A stretch of 64,000 bases of DNA from Candidatus Omnitrophota bacterium (GCA_016201795.1 JACQCF010000002.1:45122-109121); one strand, 5' to 3'. Positions 48,323 through 59,563 are shown, counted from the first letter of the stretch. The notes: generated from the letters alone by a model not told the origin. A program made the numbers and translations.

Positions 48323-49372
48323 ATGAAGCATCATTTGTATTATGAAAGTTTGGATTGGGGTACTTATTGGAAGAATTTTTTCCGTCAGGACAAGGACCGT
48401 TTTTTATGCGCGTTACGGGAAGATTTTGCGACAGAGGATATTTTTTTAACTCGTTCGGGGCGTACCGGTATTATTTTATCGTTAAAGGCGTTTGGTTTGA
48501 CCAGGGAAGATGAAGTTTTGGTGCCGCCGTTTATGAGTACTTGTGTTTTGGACTCGGTCAATCAGGTGGCCATGTCTTCCCGGCGTTTGACGGATCGCAC
48601 TAAGGCGGTTTTATTTTATCACCACTGGGGATACTCTCAGAATTATGCGAAAGCGCAGGAGCTGTTGCGTTCCAGAAAATTATGGGTTATTGAGGATTGT
48701 GCTCATGGGGTGTGGGGTAGATCTCAGGGAATATCGATGGGGGCTTTTGGCCATACCGCTATCTTCTCTTTGTCGAAAATTTTTGAGATGACTTATGCCG
48801 GCGCCTTAAGGATCAATGACGTGGCATTGCTTTCCAGAATAGAAGAAGCGTTAAGTGCTAAGGTTTCATTGAAGGATGCATGCGAATCATTATCGGGGGA
48901 ATTAACATATCTGAGTTTTTATAATACCCCCCTGGCACGACGCAAGGAAACCGACATGTTAGTTGGCATATCAAAATGGTATGCGACGCTTTTAATGTAC
49001 CCTTGTTTGACAACCGTCAGGGGTCGTCTAGCCCGTCATAAGGCAGAATTGCACGAGGTGTTCGGCAACCAGAACAAACATTTTTTGTCTTTATTAAAAA
49101 ATGCCCGTAATCGTTCATTTATGCTGCCGGGCGATGAAGAAGCAACGATGGCGCCGTTATGTTTTCCCATCCTATCGGATGATGAGGGTTTTTTGAACAG
49201 CGTTGATCAATGGCTTAAACAGAGGAATATCTTTACCGGTATTTATCATTTTGACGTCAACCGTTGCATGTTTAACCCGGATTACAAAAAATGCGTGCCT
49301 GTCCCATTGTATGCTTCTTTGTCAGACGGGCTTTATGAAGATTTTATCAGGGATTTCAAAGGGGGATTTTGA
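48323..49372 (+). CDS. Divergent DegT-like PLP-dependent protein
   Basis: SGRTGI, EVLVPPF, HHWG, IEDCAH and FSLSK; divergent C-terminus. Confidence 0.7.
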   Translation: MKHHLYYESLDWGTYWKNFFRQDKDRFLCALREDFATEDIFLTRSGRTGIILSLKAFGLTREDEVLVPPFMSTCVLDSVNQVAMSSRRLTDRTKAVLFYHHWGYSQNYAKAQELLRSRKLWVIEDCAHGVWGRSQGISMGAFGHTAIFSLSKIFEMTYAGALRINDVALLSRIEEALSAKVSLKDACESLSGELTYLSFYNTPLARRKETDMLVGISKWYATLLMYPCLTTVRGRLARHKAELHEVFGNQNKHFLSLLKNARNRSFMLPGDEEATMAPLCFPILSDDEGFLNSVDQWLKQRNIFTGIYHFDVNRCMFNPDYKKCVPVPLYASLSDGLYEDFIRDFKGGF

Positions 49373-50103
49373 TGTATTCTAATCAAGATTCTATTGATAT
49401 GTTTAATCAGATGGTGACGATGGGTTCCTATTATGGATCCGGCCGTCCAGTGCCCGTGGCCCCTGAAGTTATTATTGAAGATATTTGTTCAAAAATTCCT
49501 TTACTAAAGTCCGATGTTTTATTGGATGTCGGCTGCGGGACGGGTGTTGTGACTATCCCGTTGTCCAAGCGCTGCAAAAGTATTTACGCTTTGGACGCGG
49601 CAGAAAAGGTTCTTGAGATGGCCAAGCAACGGTGTCGTCAGGAAAATGTCACCAATGTTGCTTATTACCAGGGCAGTGCGCTGCATCTTCCATTTGAAGA
49701 TAATTCTTTTGACCATGTGTTGATGTATGCCGTGATTCATTATTTGGAGAATGAGCAACAGGTCTATCAGTGTGTGGGGGAATTGGTGCGCGTTTGTAAA
49801 GCTGGTGGACGGGTTTTGATTACTGAAATACCTGACGAGTGCGTCCGTCATGAATTTGACCAAAGGACAAAGACCCCACAAGAACAGCAGATACTCGATG
49901 CGTTTCAATCCAACCGGGGCGAATATGATCGGTTGTTTAAAGAATATGTTAAGAAATTTCCCAACCCAAACAGTTTAGTATTGGATTGTGAGCGTATTGT
50001 TAAAGAAGGCGTACGGCTTGGCTGTGAAGGTAACGTGTGCCGTCAGGATATCCGTCAGCCCTTTTCATTAACCCGTCGGGATGTATTATTAATCAAGAAG
50101 TAG
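49372..50103 (+). CDS. Class I SAM-dependent methyltransferase
   Basis: LLDVGCGTG, LPFEDNSFD and RVCKAGG. Confidence 0.88.
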   Translation: MYSNQDSIDMFNQMVTMGSYYGSGRPVPVAPEVIIEDICSKIPLLKSDVLLDVGCGTGVVTIPLSKRCKSIYALDAAEKVLEMAKQRCRQENVTNVAYYQGSALHLPFEDNSFDHVLMYAVIHYLENEQQVYQCVGELVRVCKAGGRVLITEIPDECVRHEFDQRTKTPQEQQILDAFQSNRGEYDRLFKEYVKKFPNPNSLVLDCERIVKEGVRLGCEGNVCRQDIRQPFSLTRRDVLLIKK

Positions 50104-50118
50104 TTATTGGACGTGTTT

Positions 50119-51717
50119 ATGGATTTATTTCAAAAATTCAACAGGGTTTATGCGAAGGCAAAGCATTATTGCAGCAGCTTTGTCATAGATCCTCATTCAT
50201 TGAGGTTCATTCGTTATAACAAAAGCATCTGGCGGGATTATAAAAATAAGAATCCGCAGGGCATTGTTTTGTTTTATTATTTTGATATCCCTTCCGCTTT
50301 GATTAGTGGCAGTTATTTTACCAATCTTCTTGTCAAGAAACATAATGCCCAGATCGTGGCGTTTTCTTCCACCCGCAAGGGGTTTCCATGGGGTATTTTC
50401 TATTGGAAGCGCGACATGGTTTATCGTTCGTTTAATACGCAAAAGATTATTGGTACGGTATTAGACCGATCACAGGAATTACGCAAGCAACATATCTACC
50501 AGGATATAATCAAGGGTATCAAGACAAAGAAAGATGTGTACGATATTAAAGTGGATGGTGTTTGGATCGGGGTTGATATCTATGAGACTTATTTGCGGAT
50601 ATGCCGTAAGCCTACCGTAGATTTAGATGATCCTAGGCTTTTTAGAATGATTAAAGAAGGGGTGGGGATTTATTTGTTTTGGCGGGACTATGTCGCCAAG
50701 AATCAGGTCAAGGCCATCGTCGTTAGTCACGATGCTTACATTTACGAAAATATACTTTGTAAAATCGGATATAAAAATAATATTCCTGTTTATATGCCTA
50801 ATATCAGGGGGTTATGGTTTGCCAAAACGGTTTATTCGGCGACTAATCCTTTGTTTAAGAATTATCGTGCAATGTTTAGGAGACTTTCCCTTCAAGAGCA
50901 GGCCAAAAGCTTAGAGCTTGCTAAATGTCAGTTGCAACGTAGGCTGGCAGGAGAGACTGGCGTTGACATGGCCTATTCGCTCAAGTCCGCTTTTAGCTTA
51001 CCCAACAAGTCAGAACAGGTGCTGCGCAAGAGCGATAAGATCAAGGTCCTTATTTGCAGCCACTGTTTTTATGATAATCCCCAAGCGTACGGTGAAATGC
51101 TGTTTATCGACTTTTACGACTGGCTTTGTTTTTTAGGAAAAATATCTCAAGAGACCGATTACGATTGGTATATCAAAATGCATCCAGATCCTTTGCCTGG
51201 GACGGATCAGATTATCCGGGAGATTATTGCCAAATATCCTAAGATCACTTTTATACCTCCTGAAACATCCCATCTTCAACTGGTTTCGGAAGGTATCAAT
51301 TTTGTTTTGACCGCCTATGGGTCAGTCGGGCATGAGCTTGCTATGTTAGGGGTTCAGGTGATTAATGCCGGTTATAATCCGCATTCTGCCTACGATTTTA
51401 ACTGGCACCCGCAGTCTCTTGCTGAGTATGAGAATTACCTTCTACACCTAGATCAATTGAAAAAAGAAATTTCCAAGGAAGATGTTTATGAATTTTATTA
51501 CATGCATTATTACTATACGATCGCTGACGGTCTTTTTTTAAAATCTTACCGTCAATATATCACCGAATCTACAAAGAATCAGGAACCAGGAATTGTTGTT
51601 TATGAACATTTTTTAAAAGACATTAACCGGCAGAAGCATCAAGAAATTTGTACTAGTTTATTGCAATTTATTGAATCTGGAAAGAACTATTATTTAAGCA
51701 GAGGATTAGAAAATTAA
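50119..51717 (+). CDS. Hypothetical protein with a capsule-synthesis/KpsS-like GT-B C-terminus (candidate nonulosonate transferase)
   Basis: WYIKMHP and GSVGHE....G..VI motifs; lies downstream of the pse genes. Confidence 0.55.
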   Translation: MDLFQKFNRVYAKAKHYCSSFVIDPHSLRFIRYNKSIWRDYKNKNPQGIVLFYYFDIPSALISGSYFTNLLVKKHNAQIVAFSSTRKGFPWGIFYWKRDMVYRSFNTQKIIGTVLDRSQELRKQHIYQDIIKGIKTKKDVYDIKVDGVWIGVDIYETYLRICRKPTVDLDDPRLFRMIKEGVGIYLFWRDYVAKNQVKAIVVSHDAYIYENILCKIGYKNNIPVYMPNIRGLWFAKTVYSATNPLFKNYRAMFRRLSLQEQAKSLELAKCQLQRRLAGETGVDMAYSLKSAFSLPNKSEQVLRKSDKIKVLICSHCFYDNPQAYGEMLFIDFYDWLCFLGKISQETDYDWYIKMHPDPLPGTDQIIREIIAKYPKITFIPPETSHLQLVSEGINFVLTAYGSVGHELAMLGVQVINAGYNPHSAYDFNWHPQSLAEYENYLLHLDQLKKEISKEDVYEFYYMHYYYTIADGLFLKSYRQYITESTKNQEPGIVVYEHFLKDINRQKHQEICTSLLQFIESGKNYYLSRGLEN

Positions 51718-51720
51718 GGG

Positions 51721-52416
51721 ATGGGAATATTTATGGACATAGCGGTATGCCGTTGGGTTTATAGAAAAAGTAAAGAGCAGCTATGGCGTAAACTGTTCAA
51801 GACCGTCAGGCATGAGCCATGGATGTTTTATGAGGAAATGGAAGTCATAGAGAATCTATTGAAACATTTACGTCCTCAAAATTGCCTTGAGTGGGGAGCA
51901 GGGGGCAGTACCCTGTATTTTCCTCTTTTTTTAAATAAAGACACAAAGTGGTTTACTGTGGAACATGATAAGGATTGGGCATTAAAGATTAAGAATGCCT
52001 CACGCGATAGTCGTGTGCAGGTATTTCATATATCTCCCAATCAGTTTTCTTGGATAGACACTAATGGGGAGGGCGTTTATGCTGATTTGGCGGATTATAT
52101 AGAGTTTCCCCAAAAATTTGGAAAATTTGATTTCATTTTAATTGATGGCCGCGCAAGAAAAGATTGTTTAACGATGGCCCACACGCTTATTAAAGACAAT
52201 GGGGTGGTGGTCCTTCATGATGCGGAAAGACAAGATTATCATGGTCCGTTTGGATCATTTAAATATCAGATTTTGCTTTCTGATTATCATGGATCCGTTA
52301 AATCATTATGGATAGGAAGTAAAGAAAAGAATATACGTGACATCATCGACCCTAAAAAGTATGCAAAGTTATGGTCAACATATGAGGTATTGAGACGATG
52401 GGAAAAAAACAGTTAA
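51721..52416 (+). CDS. SAM-dependent methyltransferase-like protein
   Basis: LEWGAGGST, VEHD..W, FDFILIDGRAR and VLHDA.R. Confidence 0.78.
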   Translation: MGIFMDIAVCRWVYRKSKEQLWRKLFKTVRHEPWMFYEEMEVIENLLKHLRPQNCLEWGAGGSTLYFPLFLNKDTKWFTVEHDKDWALKIKNASRDSRVQVFHISPNQFSWIDTNGEGVYADLADYIEFPQKFGKFDFILIDGRARKDCLTMAHTLIKDNGVVVLHDAERQDYHGPFGSFKYQILLSDYHGSVKSLWIGSKEKNIRDIIDPKKYAKLWSTYEVLRRWEKNS

Positions 52417-53393
52417 CCACTCCGGTTCTTTTTTCCATTTTTCGACGTCCGGATATTACGCAGTCGGTTTTTAATGAGATCAGGAAGGCCCGTCCTCAAC
52501 AATTATTTGTCCGTGCCGATGGTCCTCACCCGCATGTCAAAGGGGAGGCCGAGCTTTGTATGCAAACGCGGGCGATTATCCAACAGGTGGATTGGGATTG
52601 TCAGGTTTATAAAAATTACAGTGACATCAATTTGGGGTGTCGGGTGGCGCTCAGTTCTGCTATCCATTGGTTTTTTAGTCAGGTTGAATCCGGTATTGTG
52701 TTGGAAGACGATTGCCTGCCGTCCCAATCTTTTTTTTGGTTCTGCCAGGAATTACTTGAGCACTACAAGCAAGATGAACGGATCATGCAGATTAGCGGTG
52801 CTAACTATATGCCACAGGTAAAAATTGGGACAGGCACCTATTATTTCTCAAAATTTAATGATGTCTCAGGTTGGGCCACATGGAAAAGAGCATGGAAGTT
52901 CTATGATATGAATATGAGCCAGTATTCTGAGTTTAAAAAACAACGACGAATTTATGATTATCTTGATAACAAAGAACAGGCGGCATGGTTGATGAGTTAT
53001 TTTGAAGAGGCTGTTGAGCTAGACAAATGTGGCGTTTGGTCTACCCAGTGGACCTTTGCTATGGCCAAAAACAATGGGTTAACGATTTGTCCGAATATGC
53101 CATTAACGATACATATGGGTTTTAATGAAGATGGTACGAATTTTCAGAAATCTGCTAGTCTTTATCCGAAAGTTCAGCTACAAGATATAGACCACATTAT
53201 TCATCCGTCGATTATCTTGCCCAGCAGGGAAGCGGACGCATTAAAGTTTGAACTTATCCGTAAGACGGACCCACATGTAAGTTTGGAGTACCGTTGGCGA
53301 AAAGCGTTTAAGGCTTATTTGAAAGAGCATTGCGATCCACAGACATATGAGCGGATTGTAAAATTTCGGCGCAGATTCTTAAGGCAGGCATAA
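52398..53393 (+). CDS. GT-A fold glycosyltransferase
   Basis: F.RPD.T, ADGP, NLGC, VLEDDC and GWATWKRAW. Confidence 0.82.
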   Translation: MGKKQLTTPVLFSIFRRPDITQSVFNEIRKARPQQLFVRADGPHPHVKGEAELCMQTRAIIQQVDWDCQVYKNYSDINLGCRVALSSAIHWFFSQVESGIVLEDDCLPSQSFFWFCQELLEHYKQDERIMQISGANYMPQVKIGTGTYYFSKFNDVSGWATWKRAWKFYDMNMSQYSEFKKQRRIYDYLDNKEQAAWLMSYFEEAVELDKCGVWSTQWTFAMAKNNGLTICPNMPLTIHMGFNEDGTNFQKSASLYPKVQLQDIDHIIHPSIILPSREADALKFELIRKTDPHVSLEYRWRKAFKAYLKEHCDPQTYERIVKFRRRFLRQA

Positions 53394-53402
53394 AGGAGAC
53401 AC

Positions 53403-54668
53403 ATGGATGTCATCTATCGTGAAATAACACAATGCAGGATTTGCGGCAATAAGAGGCTGATTCCCATCCTTCATTTGGGTCATCAATCGTTGACGGGTTT
53501 TTTCCCAAAGACGAAAGACCAGGATGTGGCCAGCGGCCCATTGGAATTGGTTAAATGTGATGATAGTCAGGGAGCCAAACATTGCGGTCTTTTGCAGCTT
53601 AAGCATTCCTATGAATCAACCGCCCTCTATGGACAAGGGTACGGGTACCGTTCTTCATTAAACAAGTCCATGGTCAGCCATTTGCATGCTAAGGTTAAGA
53701 AAATAGTGGACATGGAGCTTTTAAAGCCCGGAGATTTAGTTATTGATATCGGAAGCAATGACGGGACGCTTTTAAAAGCATATCCTCATGAGGGGATCAC
53801 ACTTGCGGGCATCGACCCCTCCGCAGGAAGTTTTAAAAAATATTATCCTTCCCACGTTGCTCTTTACCCCGATTTTTTCTCAGCGCAGCTAGTCAAGTCT
53901 GCCTTTGGTTCCCGCAAGGCCAAGGTTATAACATCGATTGCTATGTTTTACGACCTTGAGGCTCCGGTTGATTTTATGCAGCAGGTCTATGAAGTATTAG
54001 ATGATCAGGGCGTATGGGTGTTGGAGCAAAGTTATATGCCGACGATGCTCAAGCGCACCGCCTACGATACCGTTTGTCATGAACATCTGGAATATTATGG
54101 GCTTAAACAGATCCAATGGATGACCGATCGCGTGGGTTTTAAGATCGTCGATGTCGAACTCAATGATATTAATGGGGGCAGTTTCTCGGTGATGTTGTCA
54201 AAGAACCACCGTGCCGGCAAGGAACAGGAAGCTTTGATTGCACGATTGCTGAGGCAAGAAGCGCAGATGGGTTTATCAACGCTAAAGCCGTATGAAGCTT
54301 TTAAGCAGCGGGTGTTTAGGCACCGGGAAGAATTGTGCGATGCCGTTAAGAAAATTAATAATGATGGAAAAAAGATCATAGGCTATGGGGCTTCCACTAA
54401 GGGAAATGTTATTTTGCAGTTTTGTGGATTCATAGAAAAAGACATTCTCTGTATTGCCGAAGTTAATCAGGATAAATTTGGAAGTTTTACCCCGGGTACG
54501 TTAATCCCGATCATTTCGGAAGCGAAGGCAAAGACGATGAAGCCCGACTATATGATGGTGCTTCCCTGGCACTTTAAAGAAAATATCGTTGCCCGGGAGC
54601 AGGCGTACCTTAAATCCGGCGGGAAACTATTTTTCCCTTTGCCTCAACTGGAGATTGTTGATCGATGA
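53403..54668 (+). CDS. NDP-sugar C-methyltransferase (Zn-binding N-terminus)
   Basis: CRICG, DIGSNDG, YDTVCHEHLEYY, NGGS, GYGASTKGN and LPWHF. Confidence 0.85.
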   Translation: MDVIYREITQCRICGNKRLIPILHLGHQSLTGFFPKTKDQDVASGPLELVKCDDSQGAKHCGLLQLKHSYESTALYGQGYGYRSSLNKSMVSHLHAKVKKIVDMELLKPGDLVIDIGSNDGTLLKAYPHEGITLAGIDPSAGSFKKYYPSHVALYPDFFSAQLVKSAFGSRKAKVITSIAMFYDLEAPVDFMQQVYEVLDDQGVWVLEQSYMPTMLKRTAYDTVCHEHLEYYGLKQIQWMTDRVGFKIVDVELNDINGGSFSVMLSKNHRAGKEQEALIARLLRQEAQMGLSTLKPYEAFKQRVFRHREELCDAVKKINNDGKKIIGYGASTKGNVILQFCGFIEKDILCIAEVNQDKFGSFTPGTLIPIISEAKAKTMKPDYMMVLPWHFKENIVAREQAYLKSGGKLFFPLPQLEIVDR

Positions 54669-55606
54669 AAACGGCAATTATTATTGGCTGCGAGGGGCAG
54701 GACGGCAGAATTGCTTTTGATGCTTTGTTAAGCAAGGATTACCGTGTCCTTGGGCTTGGCATTGGCCTGGTGAAGGATTCAGGGATCGGCTGGAATCAAG
54801 AGGTTGATGTCACTGATAAAGACCAGGTGGCGCAGTTGGTAAAATCCGTCAGGGCTGATGAGGTTTATTATTTGGCGGCCTGTCACCAGTCCTCCGAAGA
54901 CCGGTTAAAAGATCATGTGGTGTTATTTCAAGAAAGTTACGCCGTGAATGTGCTGGGGTTGTTGAATTTTCTTGAAGGGATTAAGAGGCATGCATCGGCC
55001 ACAAGGTTATTTTATGCGGGTTCTTCGTTAATTTACGCGGGGACAACAACCCTCGTGCAGGATGAAAGCACGCCTTTTTGTCCGACGTGCATTTATGGGA
55101 TCACCAAGTTGGATGGCCTGTTACTGTGCCGTTATTACCGATCACAGCATGGTATTTTTGCTTCCACAGGTATTTTATATAATCACGAGTCGCCGTACCG
55201 TCAGGAAAATTTTATTTCAACAAAAATTATCAAAGCGGCGATCAATATTAAGCAGGGTCAGCAGGAGGTATTGACATTGGGTGATTTGAATGCTGAAGTT
55301 GATTGGGGTTATGCTCCCGATTATGTGGAAGCGATGCACAGGATTTTAAATATAGATCACGCGGATGAATTTATCATTGCCAGCGGAAAAAAGCACAGCG
55401 TGTGTGATTTTGTTCAGATTGTGTTTGATTGCTTGGATATGGACTGGCAGCCGCATGTGCGTCAGGATGCTAGCCTTGTGACCAGGAAAAGAAAGACTTT
55501 GGTGGGTAACCCACAGAAATTGATAGATTTAACCGGCTGGCATCCGACGGTTGATTTTAGCGGAATGATTAAACTCTTACTGGAAGAGAAAGGTGTGCTT
55601 TTATGA
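54665..55606 (+). CDS. GDP-mannose 4,6-dehydratase-like SDR
   Basis: GCEGQDG, YGITK, LYNHESP and DWGYAPDYVEAM. Confidence 0.78.
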   Translation: MKTAIIIGCEGQDGRIAFDALLSKDYRVLGLGIGLVKDSGIGWNQEVDVTDKDQVAQLVKSVRADEVYYLAACHQSSEDRLKDHVVLFQESYAVNVLGLLNFLEGIKRHASATRLFYAGSSLIYAGTTTLVQDESTPFCPTCIYGITKLDGLLLCRYYRSQHGIFASTGILYNHESPYRQENFISTKIIKAAINIKQGQQEVLTLGDLNAEVDWGYAPDYVEAMHRILNIDHADEFIIASGKKHSVCDFVQIVFDCLDMDWQPHVRQDASLVTRKRKTLVGNPQKLIDLTGWHPTVDFSGMIKLLLEEKGVLL

Positions 55607-56370
55607 CCATGCCTTACAAAACATTGATTTTTATTCCCACTTATAATGAAGTGGAAAATGTGCGGGTGATTTATGAACAAATCAAGAAGCTTAATCTAGA
55701 TGCGGATATATTATTTTGTGACGATCATTCACCGGATGGGACAGGCGGCGTCATTGATGAGATCTGTGTTCAGGATCAGCAGGTATTTGCTATTCATCGG
55801 CAAGGGAAGCTAGGGATAGGCACCGCGCATGTGCGGGGTATTGATTGGGCGTATGCGCAAGGGTATCAACAACTCATAACCATGGACTGCGATTTTTCCC
55901 ATTCGCCCTTTTATATTAAGAAGTTTATTGAGTTAGCCGAGGCGGGTGATGTGATTATAGGTTCCCGCTATATTCAAGAGGATAGTTTGAAGGAGTGGAA
56001 TTTTTATCGTAAATTCTTGACCCACCTGGGACATTTCCTGACGAAGGTATTATTAAAGATGCCTTATGATGCCACAGGGGCCTTCCGGTTATACCGGTTA
56101 GATAAAATTCCCCAAGGTATTTTTCATTTGCCGCACTCTAAGGGATACTCCTTCTTTTTTGAAAGCCTATATATTTTAATGCTCAATGGACTAACCATCA
56201 AAGAATTCTCTATTCATTTGCCTGCGCGGACGTACGGACATTCCAAAATGACGCTAAAGGGAGCTTATCAAAGTCTTTTACATTTATTACAGATGTATTG
56301 TACAACACTGTTTAGGCGGCATGAATTTATTTACATGGGTTTAACGTCGGAGCAGACGGTAAAATCTTAA
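55603..56370 (+). CDS. Polyprenol-phosphate glycosyltransferase (DPM1-like GT2)
   Basis: [38 protein letters not shown] and R..G.SKM. Confidence 0.85.
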   Translation: MTMPYKTLIFIPTYNEVENVRVIYEQIKKLNLDADILFCDDHSPDGTGGVIDEICVQDQQVFAIHRQGKLGIGTAHVRGIDWAYAQGYQQLITMDCDFSHSPFYIKKFIELAEAGDVIIGSRYIQEDSLKEWNFYRKFLTHLGHFLTKVLLKMPYDATGAFRLYRLDKIPQGIFHLPHSKGYSFFFESLYILMLNGLTIKEFSIHLPARTYGHSKMTLKGAYQSLLHLLQMYCTTLFRRHEFIYMGLTSEQTVKS

Positions 56371-56380
56371 AGGATCACTG

Positions 56381-57490
56381 ATGATCGCGTGTATTAATCC
56401 AAAAGCGCAATATTTGTCCTACCAGGCGGAGATTGACCATGCGGTAGCCCGTGTGTTTCAAGAAGGTAGGTATATTTTGGGCAAAGAGGTGCAACTTTTC
56501 GAGGAGGAATTTGCCTGCTATGTCGGTGTGAAGCATGCTATTGGTGTTGGCAGCGGCACGGAAGCGTTACATATGGCGCTGGTCGCTTGCGGGGTGGGTA
56601 AAGGTGATGAAGTGATCACTGTTTCTCATACAGCTGTGGCAACGGTGGCGGCTATTGTGTTAAGCGGTGCTGTACCGGTTTTGGTGGATATAGAGCCCTC
56701 CACATATAACATGGATCCTCATCAGCTGAAAACAAGTATTACGCCCAAGACCAAGGCTATTATTGTGGTGCATCTTTATGGACACCCGGCGGATATGACG
56801 CCTATTATCCAAATTGCCCATGAGCACGGGATTAAGGTGATTGAGGATTGCGCGCAGGCGCACGGTGCAAGGTATGAAGGTAAACGGGTGGGGGCCTGGG
56901 GCGATATGGCCTGTTTTAGTTTTTATCCGACGAAGAATTTGGGTGCTATTGGCGACGGCGGGGCGGTGGTGACCAATAATGAACATTTGGCTGATCAATG
57001 CCGTCTGCTGCGCGAGTACGGCTGGTCTAAAGAGCGCGTAAGCCAGATGGCGGGATGGAATTCCCGTTTGGATGAACTGCAGGCAGCAATTTTACGGGTT
57101 AAATTAAGATATCTGGATAGAGATAATCAATTAAGACAACAGTTGGCTGCCTGCTACAATCAATCATTGGTTCATACGGGACTGGTGCTTCCTTTGGAAA
57201 AATCAAATTGTAAGCACGTGTATCATCTTTATGTGGTGCGCAGTCAAAAGCGTGATGAGTTAAAAGAAGCCTTATCGACCCAAGGAGTTCAGACGATGAT
57301 TCATTATTCTGTCCCTGTGCATTTACAGCCCGCCTACAAAGGGTGCGTAAGGGTCGCCCATGAGTTAAAGGAAACCAAGCGTATTGTTAGCGATATTTTA
57401 TCTTTGCCTTTGTATCCGCAATTATCTCTTATCGACGTTAAAGAGGTGGCAGAGACTATTGGGAAGATAACGGCAAGGGGGAGTCGTTGA
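56381..57490 (+). CDS. DegT/DnrJ/EryC1/StrS aminotransferase
   Basis: [30 protein letters not shown] and NSRLDELQA. Confidence 0.9.
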   Translation: MIACINPKAQYLSYQAEIDHAVARVFQEGRYILGKEVQLFEEEFACYVGVKHAIGVGSGTEALHMALVACGVGKGDEVITVSHTAVATVAAIVLSGAVPVLVDIEPSTYNMDPHQLKTSITPKTKAIIVVHLYGHPADMTPIIQIAHEHGIKVIEDCAQAHGARYEGKRVGAWGDMACFSFYPTKNLGAIGDGGAVVTNNEHLADQCRLLREYGWSKERVSQMAGWNSRLDELQAAILRVKLRYLDRDNQLRQQLAACYNQSLVHTGLVLPLEKSNCKHVYHLYVVRSQKRDELKEALSTQGVQTMIHYSVPVHLQPAYKGCVRVAHELKETKRIVSDILSLPLYPQLSLIDVKEVAETIGKITARGSR

Positions 57491-58359
57491 TGAAACGGAT
57501 AGTGAAATTAATAGTAAAGAAAATATTAGGAGAATCTTTATTTCAAAGGCTAAAGAGAGCTGTTGAAATATTGTTATTTAGACCGGTTTTTTTTGAAGGC
57601 GTTTATAAAAATTTTGCCGAAATCAAAGACAGCACCCCTTATAATGCTGGAAACTATTTAGCCAAATCTTTTGAATATGCAAAGAAGAAATACCAATTGG
57701 CCGTAGATAACCTTTCTTATATACCCCCTGCCTTTAAGGATAGTGGACTCAGGAATATACTTCCTTTGTTGGCAGCCTCATTGCGTACAGAAAAACAAAA
57801 AGTACATATTTTAGACTTCGGTGGTGGTCTGGGGGCTTCCTACATTGATCTGTTAGGGCAACTCAAAGGTTTAGAAGTCGTTTATCACATAGTTGACTTA
57901 GAAGAAAATAGAAAAGAAATACAATCGGATAGCTCCTACACCAAATCAGATAATTTTAATTTCCATACTTCTGTGGAGAACATCGCTCATTTGCTATTTG
58001 ACATCATTTATTTAGGTTCCAGCCTTCAATATATTGAGAACTACGTAGCGTTGATTTCCAGATTGGCGGAAATGAAGCCCAGGTATATTTTCTTATCACA
58101 CACATTGGTAGTTGACGGGACCATTGAAACTTTCGCAACCGTTCAGGTGAATGTTCAAGGAAAGAGGTTGAAGAATTGGATTTTTAATTATGGTGAAATC
58201 GAAGAACGGTTTAAGGCCCAAGGCTATGGTTTAATTTACCGTTCTGCTAATTATGATGAATATTTGAATTTAGATAATTATAATGAACAATTTCGTAAGT
58301 ATCGTTCTGCGAATTTATTATTTTTGAGATTAGAAAGGACTTTTCATGAGTCACTGTAA
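57490..58359 (+). CDS. Putative methyltransferase (LIC12133/TIGR04325-like)
   Basis: ILDFGGGLG..Y, SSLQYI and TVQ...WIFN; visibly AT-rich. Confidence 0.72.
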   Translation: MKRIVKLIVKKILGESLFQRLKRAVEILLFRPVFFEGVYKNFAEIKDSTPYNAGNYLAKSFEYAKKKYQLAVDNLSYIPPAFKDSGLRNILPLLAASLRTEKQKVHILDFGGGLGASYIDLLGQLKGLEVVYHIVDLEENRKEIQSDSSYTKSDNFNFHTSVENIAHLLFDIIYLGSSLQYIENYVALISRLAEMKPRYIFLSHTLVVDGTIETFATVQVNVQGKRLKNWIFNYGEIEERFKAQGYGLIYRSANYDEYLNLDNYNEQFRKYRSANLLFLRLERTFHESL

Positions 58360-59560
58360 AATATGCACTTCTCCGACCAATGATATTATCACTTTCGGGG
58401 GGATGCCCGTGGCGAATGGTTTTATTAATGTGGTTGGGCAAGATGAATTTGTTTTCGATTTGACCGTTTCTTTTTGTACCCATTGTTTCATGGTCCAGTT
58501 AAAAGAGACTGTACCACCGGAAAAAATGTTTAATGATCACTACCATTTTATGTCATCGACCTCTCAAGGCATGGCCGTCCACTTTGAGGGCAATGCCAAA
58601 GAGATCATTGATCGGTTAGCAGGCAGGCCAGATTCCTTTGTTGTGGAATTAGGATGCAATGATGGCCCCATGCTAAAACACATTGCGGCAAAAGGTATTC
58701 GTCATTTAGGGGTTGAACCGTCCGGTAACGTGGCGGATTTGGCACAGAAAAATAATGTCAGGGTCTTAAAGGAATTTTTTAATCAGAAGACCGCCGCACA
58801 GATCGTCCAGAAAGACGGTCAGGCCGATGTCATTTGCGGTTCCAACGTGTTTTGCCATATCGAGGATATTCATTCCGTGTTCACCGGTATCAGTGTTTTG
58901 CTTAAAGAGGACGGCTATGTGTATTTCGAAGATCCGTATTTAATGGATATTGTTGAACAATCTTCTTTTGATCAAATTTACGATGAGCATGTTTTTTATT
59001 ATTCCGGCTTATCTGTACGTGAGCTGGCCAAGCGTCATCAGTTAGAGTTGGTAGATATGGTGCATCAGGATGTCCACGGCGGGTCAATGCGCTATTACCT
59101 TAAGAAAGGGGCGGGGTATACCGTGCATCCGCGGGTCGAAGAATTCATTGCTCGGGAAAAATCCCTTAAGTTGGATCAGCCGGCCGGGTACGCTTCTTTT
59201 AAGGATCACGTGAATCAAATCTGTCACCAGTTGCGCCACACTCTTGAAGAGATCAAGCATAAAGGTAGTCGCATTGTCGGTTATGGGGCTACTTCCAAAA
59301 GTACGACCCTGTTAAATTACGCCAAGATTGGACCGGCGCTGGTGGATTATATCTCTGACAACACTCCCTATAAGATCAATAAATTTACGCCCGGCATGCA
59401 TATTCCCATCAGATCTTATGAGACATTTTTGGAGGATCAGCCAGCTTACACTTTATTATTAGCTTGGAACCATCGCCGGGAAATATTGGAAAAAGAAAAA
59501 GAGTATCGCCGCAAGGGGGGGAAATTTATTACCTTTTTCCCCGCGGTGACTATTGAATAA
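58346..59560 (+). CDS. NDP-sugar C-methyltransferase
   Basis: CKIC, MPVAN.F, C..CFMVQL, ELGCNDG, FDQIYDEH, HGGSMR, GYGATSK and LAWNH. Confidence 0.88.
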   Translation: MSHCKICTSPTNDIITFGGMPVANGFINVVGQDEFVFDLTVSFCTHCFMVQLKETVPPEKMFNDHYHFMSSTSQGMAVHFEGNAKEIIDRLAGRPDSFVVELGCNDGPMLKHIAAKGIRHLGVEPSGNVADLAQKNNVRVLKEFFNQKTAAQIVQKDGQADVICGSNVFCHIEDIHSVFTGISVLLKEDGYVYFEDPYLMDIVEQSSFDQIYDEHVFYYSGLSVRELAKRHQLELVDMVHQDVHGGSMRYYLKKGAGYTVHPRVEEFIAREKSLKLDQPAGYASFKDHVNQICHQLRHTLEEIKHKGSRIVGYGATSKSTTLLNYAKIGPALVDYISDNTPYKINKFTPGMHIPIRSYETFLEDQPAYTLLLAWNHRREILEKEKEYRRKGGKFITFFPAVTIE

Positions 59561-59563
59561 AGG

